The notes beneath the pieces are model-generated. The model saw only the letters and a program-made list of their open reading frames with translations, made no database searches and was not told the DNA's origin. From a virus (lineage: Duplodnaviria; Caudoviricetes): DNA of 32,375 nucleotides. Below, one piece after another: positions 25,359 through 32,375 of this stretch. The first letter of the stretch is position 1. Every line of letters begins with the position of its first letter. Position numbers and translations under genes: made by a program. The stretch is taken from positions 1 to 32,375 of IMG/VR virus record IMGVR_UViG_3300042327_000906; one strand, 5' to 3'.

Positions 25359-26372
25359 TTAAACAACCCTGTCTTCGCTGTTAAGAATCGCATCACACTC
25401 ACGGATAGGAATGCCTCTGAACATAAGAACTTCTTTAGCATTCGGGCCGTACTTGTCGAAAGTAAGGAAAAGGTTATTTCCTTGCTCAAGACGAGCTTGG
25501 TAATCCAAGAATTTAACAAGAGTAGTGTTCATGTAGAAACATGTCTTACCCATGCTAGTTCTTCTGCCTTTATGAGCGTAGTACATTTCTGTCATAATAT
25601 TAACAACGTTTGCACCTGTAGAAGCATTGATCTGAAGATCAGATACGTCGATGTTACAAGCACGAGCTAGGTATTGCCAGTTACGAACAGTTAAACCAAA
25701 GTGCATAGAGAACTCTTCGCGGTAAACCATATAGCGGTCGCCGTTAGAATCTGTAGCAGGAATGATACCGCGATCTTTACGCTCAACACCTGCTTTATGA
25801 CCTTTAGGGTAGATCAAGTGACAAGAACGCTTGTCCCAAGTAATCAACCAAATTGAAGTGTTATCATTTCCTGTACCGCCACCATCGATAATTTGAGAAC
25901 CGTTTTCAGCGCTCAAAGAATTGAAACGTGGAGAAAGCCCCATAGGCTTAGAAGGATCAACTGAAGAATCGTGGTAGAAAATAGCTGTTGCCATTTCTTG
26001 TGCCATTGCTTCAAGGTGATCTGCAGCCATCTCCATACGAACAGAAGCTTTCTCTTCTGCTTTTTCGAAGATGTCAACATAACGAGTATCAACTTCAGCA
26101 GCAGAGTTTACGAAGCCAGTAGTATCTTTTACTGTCTGCATATTCCCTTTACCTGCAGGGATACCTTTATAAAGACGACCCCAAGTAACTTCAGGAAGAC
26201 CTGTTTTTACTGTAGTTTCGTGAGATAAACCGCGGTTACACTCGAAGGCAGGAGCATCTTCAAGAATTGGGTTTTGTGCTGCAAGAAGATTAACAACATC
26301 TGCAACGTCTTTGTTCTCTGGCATAACTGCCAAATCAAGTAGTGTAGGATACTGTGCATTTAGTAGAGCCAT
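25359..26372 (-). CDS. Major capsid protein (BPP-1 Bbp17-like, HK97 fold)
   Basis: PTLLD...NPILEDAPAFECN...HETTVKTGLP..WGRLYKG, GGGTGNDNTSIWLITW, FRGIPIRECDAILNSE; 337 aa; AAGGA SD. Confidence 0.92.
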   Translation of the reverse strand: MALLNAQYPTLLDLAVMPENKDVADVVNLLAAQNPILEDAPAFECNRGLSHETTVKTGLPEVTWGRLYKGIPAGKGNMQTVKDTTGFVNSAAEVDTRYVDIFEKAEEKASVRMEMAADHLEAMAQEMATAIFYHDSSVDPSKPMGLSPRFNSLSAENGSQIIDGGGTGNDNTSIWLITWDKRSCHLIYPKGHKAGVERKDRGIIPATDSNGDRYMVYREEFSMHFGLTVRNWQYLARACNIDVSDLQINASTGANVVNIMTEMYYAHKGRRTSMGKTCFYMNTTLVKFLDYQARLEQGNNLFLTFDKYGPNAKEVLMFRGIPIRECDAILNSEDRVV

Positions 26373-26411
26373 ATTATTTTTCCTTTTAAAAGCATCTAAT
26401 TGCCTTCGACT

Positions 26412-26447
26412 ATTCTAGCATGATGCGAGATTAATTTAGAGTCAACA
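26412..26447 (-). promoter_or_regulatory. Putative promoter upstream of the major capsid gene
   Basis: Minus strand TGTTGACT-ctaaattaatctcgcat-CATGCT (17-nt spacer), with an overlapping TGcTAGAAT extended -10-like element, in an 86-nt gap. Confidence 0.5.
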
Positions 26448-26458
26448 AATTTTTAGCA

Positions 26459-27139
26459 CTATTTAAAAAATTCTGGGTACCAACTCTGCAATGTCTCACT
26501 GTTTTTTGCTGCAGGCGCTGAAGAAACTCCCTTGCCCGGCAAACTATCTGGAGCTATTGCGTCACCGATTCTCTTTAAAAATTTAGCTATTACGAGATTG
26601 TTTCCAACTTCCGGGGTGTTTAGTAGATTAATTAACTCAGGATCTCCAAACTCTTTTACTGCTCGGCTGATTGATGCAAAAGATTGCTCTTTCTTGTCGC
26701 CAATAAAATCCGGATCGTTTTCAATTTCTTTTCTCGCTTTCTCAATTCTATCTGAGTATTCTTTCTCTTTTTGTGCCACTGCCTTTTTAAAAGCAGAGTC
26801 TTTTAGATGTAGAAGTTTCTCTGCATCTTCTTTAGTAAGGTTTAATCTTGATGCTTCAGCAGCGATCTCATTAAGATCTTCTTCTGTAAGATTAGATCCT
26901 TCGAATAGGTTAAGTTCGTATTCTTCAAACTCGTCAGCAACAACATCAGTCGAAGGCTTTGCTTCTTCCTTTTTTGGTTCTGCACTTGCAGGTTGTGCAG
27001 ATTGTGAAAGTGCTGTCGGCTCACTAGGCTTGGCTTCAGAAGATACCTTCGGATCCGCCTGAGATGGAGTCGATGCCCCCGATGATGTTGTCGATGGTGC
27101 TGACGTGCTTGGTGTTACTGTCTCTGTTGTTTCGCTCAT
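26459..27139 (-). CDS. Capsid scaffolding protein
   Basis: S/T/P-rich disordered N-terminus, acidic helical core, LLNTPEVGNNLVIAKFLKRIGDAI motif, terminal WYP; upstream of MCP. Confidence 0.82.
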   Translation of the reverse strand: MSETTETVTPSTSAPSTTSSGASTPSQADPKVSSEAKPSEPTALSQSAQPASAEPKKEEAKPSTDVVADEFEEYELNLFEGSNLTEEDLNEIAAEASRLNLTKEDAEKLLHLKDSAFKKAVAQKEKEYSDRIEKARKEIENDPDFIGDKKEQSFASISRAVKEFGDPELINLLNTPEVGNNLVIAKFLKRIGDAIAPDSLPGKGVSSAPAAKNSETLQSWYPEFFK

Positions 27140-27407
27140 AATCTATTTTCTCCTCAATGGCCCTGTCTTTTGCTTCCCTCATCATATCAAAGATACGATC
27201 CTCAGAAGAATCCGATATTAATCCGAGAAGGTAAAGTCCTACCTGTCTTCTTCCTATTTGTTTAAGCATGTCGTTTCCGGAGCCTTCGATGTCTCGATAG
27301 ACTCCGCAATAAGATAGTAGGCGCCACATTAGTCGACGCCCCTGTTCGGTAGATGTCACCCATTCGATGTCATCTCGATCGCGCTTGATAAGCTCTTTAG
27401 AATCCAT
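27036..27407 (-). CDS. Bbp19-like small protein
   Basis: DDIEWVTSTEQGRRLMWRLLSYCGVY...GRRQVGL pattern, located between portal and scaffold. Confidence 0.8.
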   Translation of the reverse strand: MDSKELIKRDRDDIEWVTSTEQGRRLMWRLLSYCGVYRDIEGSGNDMLKQIGRRQVGLYLLGLISDSSEDRIFDMMREAKDRAIEEKIDYERNNRDSNTKHVSTIDNIIGGIDSISGGSEGIF

Positions 27408-27415
27408 TTACCCTC

Positions 27416-29173
27416 TTAAACCTTCGATGCTGTCAACATTGTATCAAGCATCGAGCCCTCTCCAACTTTGGCTTGAGATAAATCTTTTGCCATCGTTGCG
27501 TTTTGCATTTGCTGTTGCGCCATTAACTGTTGCTGTTGTTGTGCTGCAATTCCTTGGCGAACGCTATTAAATTCATCTTCATCTAAAATTAACGTCGGGT
27601 CAATAGCTACATACTCTGCATACTTTCTTATTGCTGCTTCTGCATTGAGTAATTTTAAAAGTGCCGGATCCTGTTGCACTTGTGACATGCTTGCAGTATA
27701 GTTCGCAAACCTTTCCAAAGAATTCATCATTGACACCTTGGCGGCTTGAGCAAGGATGGAGATGTACTCGGGTCTTAATTGCTCACCTTCTAGTTCAGGT
27801 GGTCTTTTTGGCATTCTTCCTGCATCTTCTAAAATGATCTGAGCATTATAAATTATCTTAGATGATAGATCCTGATCCCATTGCCCTAGTACAGGAGCTA
27901 ATGTCGCCATTCTTTCTGATGCTTTTTCTGTAATTTCTGCCGCAGTGATATGCGATTTTGATTCCTGTCCTGACATCATTAAGAATAGATCTTCATAGAA
28001 TGCGGATCTAATTGCATTGGTATATTCCATCTGATCTGCAACAAGTTCAGATATTTTTGGATCCATTGTGAACGCAGGTTTAAATCCAGCGGCTGCACCT
28101 TGATCGTCGACGTAAGTGATTCCACCTGCAAGGATACTTGCTTGATGGCGTCTTAAGCTTGCGTGTCCTACCATAGGCGGCTTAACTAATTTAGCAATTG
28201 CTTCTAGTCTGAATTTTTCCATCTCTTGTAATGTCATAATATCTGACAATGCAATCTCTCCTGGCCCATCCACACCATAGTTTTCTTCAGGTGCAACTTC
28301 CCATCGTGGAGTAATGACAGGAAAATAGTCGTATCCACTTGTCTTAATAAACTCTTTATCCCCTAAAGCTTTCTCATTTCTAAAACCTGACGACGACTGT
28401 GGAGGTAAGTTACCACCAACAGATTGAACGTAGGTATAGGATTGATACTTCTTATCAAGAGGATCTAAAGATTTCTTGTTAGGATTGTATGTCGGATTAG
28501 GTAGGATGACCGTTGTTAGTACAACAGTTTCTAAGTACTTTGCATTTTCCCAATTGGTTCTTACCCATGTAGGGATATTTGACCATTCGATCTGCCCTGA
28601 TGGATTTAGCTTTGCATACTGCTCTACTACCTGGCGAGTCGTTAAAGAGAAATCTCTATAGAACATGTTCGTATTACCCTCTGCGTCACAGGCAAACCCG
28701 TAAGTTCCAATGGCAAAAGGATAGAAGTAGAATCCATATCTAGGATGCGGAAGCATGGCAAATGCAGAATTTGAAAAGATACCTACATCTTTGTACGCTA
28801 AAGGCAGGATTCTGTAGAGGTTTGATACTTGAAAGTGTGAGTTTAATATTGCCTCTGATTCAGCAAAGTATCTTTTGGCTGCAGCAGAATTTGCTTTCTT
28901 TGTATTGTTTACTGTTAGGTTAAACCATGGACGAGATCTCGGCGTTGCTCCGTTCATCATGCCCGATACAAATGTTCTTAAGCTTCGTCCTGCTTGGTTC
29001 TTAATGATATGTCTATCTTTACGATAGCTATTATGCTTATCATCCGGATTCATCTTGAATCTCTCAGGAGAAATGTAGTCTGCTAGTAATTGCCAAGTAG
29101 GCAGTTTCTTTGCAAGCTCGTTCTTAAGAGATGATCTAATGCCATCAACTTCCGAGTATGTAAGCTTTTTCAT
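27416..29173 (-). CDS. Portal (head-tail connector) protein
   Basis: W..LADYISP, SGMMNGATPRSRPWFNL, PRWEV..EENYG..GPG, ITAAEI...E....LAPVL, EYISILAQA, Gln-rich C-terminus; T7 gp8/Bbp21-type. Confidence 0.93.
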   Translation of the reverse strand: MKKLTYSEVDGIRSSLKNELAKKLPTWQLLADYISPERFKMNPDDKHNSYRKDRHIIKNQAGRSLRTFVSGMMNGATPRSRPWFNLTVNNTKKANSAAAKRYFAESEAILNSHFQVSNLYRILPLAYKDVGIFSNSAFAMLPHPRYGFYFYPFAIGTYGFACDAEGNTNMFYRDFSLTTRQVVEQYAKLNPSGQIEWSNIPTWVRTNWENAKYLETVVLTTVILPNPTYNPNKKSLDPLDKKYQSYTYVQSVGGNLPPQSSSGFRNEKALGDKEFIKTSGYDYFPVITPRWEVAPEENYGVDGPGEIALSDIMTLQEMEKFRLEAIAKLVKPPMVGHASLRRHQASILAGGITYVDDQGAAAGFKPAFTMDPKISELVADQMEYTNAIRSAFYEDLFLMMSGQESKSHITAAEITEKASERMATLAPVLGQWDQDLSSKIIYNAQIILEDAGRMPKRPPELEGEQLRPEYISILAQAAKVSMMNSLERFANYTASMSQVQQDPALLKLLNAEAAIRKYAEYVAIDPTLILDEDEFNSVRQGIAAQQQQQLMAQQQMQNATMAKDLSQAKVGEGSMLDTMLTASKV

Positions 29174-29176
29174 ATA

Positions 29177-29590
29177 TTATTTCTTACCAGATTGTTTTTT
29201 AAATGCTGCTAGATATTCTGGATAATCTGCAGGATTGTTGCCAATATTTGCCCATGTTTGTGGGCTCATTGGCTCAGACGGCATTACTGCCTGCTTCTTT
29301 TTTACTTTTACTTTTGTAGGACTAGCTTCAACTTTTGAAACTGGTTTTGCTGCAGGTGCTCCTTGGTTTCTCATTTCCATTGCTTCGATCTCTTGTGAAA
29401 GACCTTCAGCTTTAAGCACTGGCATTTCTCCTGTCATGGCAGAAGGGATTGGCCCTCCGATTGGCCCCATCTTTGCAGATGGTACAGGTTGAGCTCCCAT
29501 GATATTTGCTCCAATCATTGATTGAGAAGCTGACATATCTGGTAGATTAGCTGTTAATTGTTTTTTCTTTTTTACTTTTACTTGAGCCAT
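29177..29590 (-). CDS. Hypothetical Pro/Met/Lys-rich protein (137 aa)
   Basis: AGGAG SD; tight packing with neighbours; low complexity with two KVK(V)KKKQ motifs. Confidence 0.7.
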   Translation of the reverse strand: MAQVKVKKKKQLTANLPDMSASQSMIGANIMGAQPVPSAKMGPIGGPIPSAMTGEMPVLKAEGLSQEIEAMEMRNQGAPAAKPVSKVEASPTKVKVKKKQAVMPSEPMSPQTWANIGNNPADYPEYLAAFKKQSGKK

Positions 29591-29599
29591 AATGATCTC

Positions 29600-29971
29600 C
29601 TAAAATGTTCCTGATTGTGTAGGTAAATTTTGCCCTATGAATCCTGTAGTAGATGTTCCCATCTGTCGAGAAGATCCTCTTTGAGATCTCATTAAGTTTC
29701 CTGCAACTAAACTTTCGGCCTGGGATTTAATGCCCTGCTCCCTAACAATTGCGGTAGTTCTTGCTTTCTCTGCTTCTTTCTCTGCTTTTTTACGCGCCTG
29801 TGTTCCAAGTCTTGCACTAAAATATGAAAGCCCTGCACCTATTAATGCGCCTGCTCCTGCACCGATTGGGCCACCTGCTGCACCAATAGCCGCTCCTGTC
29901 GCTGCACCAGAAAGCGCGCCTGTTCCGGTCTGTAAAAGCTCTTCATCTGTCGGAGGAAGCATATTAAACAT
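29600..29971 (-). CDS. Glycine-zipper small virion/ejection protein candidate (123 aa)
   Basis: GALSGAATGAAIGAAGGPIGAGAGALIGAG (GxxxG repeats) then a basic helix; AGGAG SD; pre-portal position. Confidence 0.7.
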   Translation of the reverse strand: MFNMLPPTDEELLQTGTGALSGAATGAAIGAAGGPIGAGAGALIGAGLSYFSARLGTQARKKAEKEAEKARTTAIVREQGIKSQAESLVAGNLMRSQRGSSRQMGTSTTGFIGQNLPTQSGTF

Positions 29972-29979
29972 AAAAACTC

Positions 29980-31551
29980 CTATGCCTTATAATTAGGCGA
30001 TGGTCTGTAATATTTGTCAATATGAGATTGATCCGATACATAATTGGACTTATTCCTTCGATTCCATTGCTCGACGAATTCCTCATCTGACATTCCTTGA
30101 GATCCTGCCGTTGCTCCGGAAAAGTCTGCGTAAAAGCTAGGCTGCTCTACATCCGCAAATGTTTGAGCTAATGCGTCTGCTTTATCCGGCGATCTTCCGA
30201 GCCTTGACTTAATCTGCTCTTTTTCTTCTAAGCGAAATACTCCACCATGGAAGATAAGCTTAGGCATCATGAGCTCTTCGGACAGTTGTGGATCTTTAGG
30301 TAGGCATCCACCCTTTCTGATCCAGTCCCTCATTCTAACCCACATCTCAGTTCTTTTGTTGAAATATCTTTTATCGTTTGCTTTCGCATTATAAACGATT
30401 GGAGTAATATCGAGGTTTGGAAATAGCCCTAGACTATCTATTACTGATGACCCGTATCCTCCGGTGTTATCAACAAAGACTCGCTCGATTCCTTGGTCTT
30501 GTTGCATGAATGCGATTTTGCTTGCAAGCTCTGGGCCATATATGTCAGACGAAATAGATTCAAGAGGATAACACTTAAGGCCCCGACGGCGAGCAAAAAC
30601 AGTCCTGTCAATACCGCCGCGAGCGACATCAACCCCCAAGCGATGCTGAGAGTTCTTAACAAGTTTTTCTGCAATATCCCTGTTTTGCGATTCATGGATC
30701 TCTGCCTCCGTAATTAGCATATCACTAGATACGTTAGGATATTTACCAAATACGTTTACCATTACCCATGGATCTTCTTTTCCGTATGTCTCGATCTGCT
30801 CTCGCGCCCAATCCTTACTTACCCTTGGTGCACGTTTAGGATCATCGGGATCCCCTGATATAGTATAGACTGCCCACTTCTGAACAGATCTTCCCATGTA
30901 GGCGCGATAGATAATACCTTTCGGAACCTCTGGGTTGGCCGTCACTAATAGTTTAGCTGTCTTAGTATCGGAGTCACCTGTTGATAGTGCTGCATCTGCG
31001 GTTGCAAGTACGGCATCTGGGATTGTACCTGCTTCATCGATAAGAAATGCTACGTTGTCGGAGTGAAGACCTGCTAGCGCTGACGCCTGCTGCGATTCAT
31101 CTGCTTGTTTTGGAAATGACCTTGCATCGATAAACGAGTAACCTTCATGCCCTTTCATTGTGATCTTACTAAAACCTTCGTTTGTAGATTGAGTAAGTAA
31201 TGGAGAACGAGCGCGCCACTTTAAAAGTTCCGCCCAAAGGTTTGCCATTAAGTGATCTTTCGTTACGGAGAGTGCTGCCATCTTAGGTTGATAGCGTGTA
31301 GCAAAGAAGTGCCATCCGAGCATAGCGAGTGTAAATGTCTTTCCTGGCCCTTTAGATGCCACAAGTGCAATACGCTGATTATTAACGTACAGATCTACTA
31401 CATCTTCCTGCCAAGCATCGAGTGTCACATCGAAGGCATCTTTAAAAAAGATCTTCGGTCTGTGCCTCCAAAGTTTAGCAACATCAGATGGTTGTAGTGA
31501 TATTGGTTTACCCAAGCTTCTTCGTGTGTTTGGAAATCCTATATCATTCAT
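29980..31551 (-). CDS. terL: Terminase large subunit
   Basis: Walker A ASKGPGKT, Walker B FLIDEAG, motif III VTANP, nuclease motifs LGVDVARGGID, VFVDNTG and SPDKADALA. Confidence 0.95.
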   Translation of the reverse strand: MNDIGFPNTRRSLGKPISLQPSDVAKLWRHRPKIFFKDAFDVTLDAWQEDVVDLYVNNQRIALVASKGPGKTFTLAMLGWHFFATRYQPKMAALSVTKDHLMANLWAELLKWRARSPLLTQSTNEGFSKITMKGHEGYSFIDARSFPKQADESQQASALAGLHSDNVAFLIDEAGTIPDAVLATADAALSTGDSDTKTAKLLVTANPEVPKGIIYRAYMGRSVQKWAVYTISGDPDDPKRAPRVSKDWAREQIETYGKEDPWVMVNVFGKYPNVSSDMLITEAEIHESQNRDIAEKLVKNSQHRLGVDVARGGIDRTVFARRRGLKCYPLESISSDIYGPELASKIAFMQQDQGIERVFVDNTGGYGSSVIDSLGLFPNLDITPIVYNAKANDKRYFNKRTEMWVRMRDWIRKGGCLPKDPQLSEELMMPKLIFHGGVFRLEEKEQIKSRLGRSPDKADALAQTFADVEQPSFYADFSGATAGSQGMSDEEFVEQWNRRNKSNYVSDQSHIDKYYRPSPNYKA

Positions 31552-31585
31552 TGTGTCATCCCCGGTTTGTATGTACCATGTTATA

Positions 31586-31816
31586 ATGAAGTTAATACAG
31601 TTTATGTTTTTCCTTCAATTTACTCTCTACCAATTTGACCCTCTGTGGCAGTCAATGTATCAACCTGCACCCGTAGAGTCTCAATGGGTGCAAGAAGTTT
31701 CAACGGAACCTGAAGATCAAAGCTATTCGGAATTATCGAACAACTCGGAAGCTGAACATTATTCCTGGGAGCTCGGAACTCCTGACAACATTCCTGAAAC
31801 AGAAATAATCTATTAG
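31586..31816 (+). CDS. Possible antisense small acidic protein (76 aa)
   Basis: Fills the terS-terL gap and its stop overlaps the terS stop. Composition is strongly biased (13 D/E, one K, no R). No clear SD. Confidence 0.45.
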   Translation: MKLIQFMFFLQFTLYQFDPLWQSMYQPAPVESQWVQEVSTEPEDQSYSELSNNSEAEHYSWELGTPDNIPETEIIY

Positions 31817-32343
31817 ATAAGATCATCTATTTTATCCGGCGCTTCGAGATTACGCTTCTCTTCGAGTTCGTAATACTCAGCTTCTATATCCTCTAAAGAT
31901 TTTCCTGAATCTTTGTCGTAAGACTTCAAGATAATATCGGATAGAGTGACATTGTGATTCACATCTAACTTCTCTATAAAGTCAGCTTCTGACTTACCTA
32001 GAAGTTCTGAAGCTTTAAGTCTAATCGGTAGCGGTATGTTACCTTCTGGTATTGGAACACCATTAGGATCTAGTTCTTCTTTTCTATATGGATCATCGTT
32101 TTTCATAATCTGTGACCAAAGTGCCTGACGTTCTTCGCGCGTCGCTATGACCTCTTTAAGATTGGCAACATACTTTCTTCGGTCTTCGATTGCTTTCTTA
32201 ATAAGTGGAAGTGATAGTAGCTCTTCACCTTTTTGTTTAAGGTAGACGTCTGTGCCGTTGTACCCTGCAACTCTCATTGCTTGAAGTAAATCGCCATCGT
32301 AAGCTTCTACAAATACTCTATGCTTCTGAGATAATTTCAACAT
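31813..32343 (-). CDS. terS: Terminase small subunit
   Basis: LSQKHRVFVEAY...AMRVAGY...GEELL..P.I...I, IATREER..LWSQIM and RLKASELLGK motifs. Start revised to ATG 32343, downstream of AAGGAGG. Confidence 0.9.
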   Translation of the reverse strand: MLKLSQKHRVFVEAYDGDLLQAMRVAGYNGTDVYLKQKGEELLSLPLIKKAIEDRRKYVANLKEVIATREERQALWSQIMKNDDPYRKEELDPNGVPIPEGNIPLPIRLKASELLGKSEADFIEKLDVNHNVTLSDIILKSYDKDSGKSLEDIEAEYYELEEKRNLEAPDKIDDLI

Positions 32344-32375
32344 TTGCTTTTGCCTCCTTACGCCTTTTCTCAAAG

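Larger units (their letters stand above)
1..32375 (-). mobile_element. Podovirus-like phage/prophage late region (BPP-1/T7-like structural module plus lysis cassette)
   Basis: Co-oriented, tightly packed genes in the order terS-terL-portal-scaffold-MCP-tail tube A/B-internal virion proteins-fibres-lysis. No tape measure, sheath or host housekeeping genes. Confidence 0.95.

Noticed and set aside
26532-27062. Plus-strand 176-aa ORF, and similar plus-strand ORFs such as 9161-9535, 14483-14791, 23118-23438 and 25314-25670
   Set aside because: They lie fully antisense to well-supported genes, with Ser/Phe/Leu-rich shadow composition and no SD or motifs.
31620-31826. Minus-strand 68-aa ORF between terS and terL
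   Set aside because: No recognisable motif, SD or compositional signal, so it was judged less likely than the antisense acidic ORF. It is not fully excluded.
1-32375. Stop-codon reassignment (alternative genetic code)
   Set aside because: Genes are full length in the standard code, and TAA, TAG and TGA all terminate genes at sensible boundaries.

Overview
The whole window is the late (morphogenesis and lysis) region of a podovirus-type tailed phage or prophage, with a BPP-1/T7-like head and tail module. It is almost entirely encoded on the minus strand. In transcription order (right to left) it contains: terminase small and large subunits; two small pre-portal genes; portal; a Bbp19-like protein; scaffold; major capsid; a capsid cement-like protein; a terminator; tail tubular proteins A and B; and three consecutive internal virion (ejection) proteins. 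The last ejection protein is a 2504-aa polyvalent protein with an N-terminal GH24 lysozyme, an ADP-ribosyltransferase-like domain and an HExxH metallopeptidase motif. A ~9 kb cluster of six tail fibre/spike/adaptor genes that share modules follows. The window ends with a lysis cassette of small membrane proteins, an overlapped lipoprotein, a metallophosphoesterase and a truncated GH24 endolysin missing from the ORF track. The most notable observations are the injected enzyme cargo delimited by a repeated SF[LY]Q motif, a shared MG[LI][RK][SA] N-terminus on all three ejection proteins, a probably branched multi-fibre apparatus with a duplicated nested anchor domain, and an acidic antisense ORF between terS and terL. 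No tRNA, rRNA, CRISPR array, integrase or reverse transcriptase was seen. All assignments come from motif recognition and synteny by eye; no searches were run.
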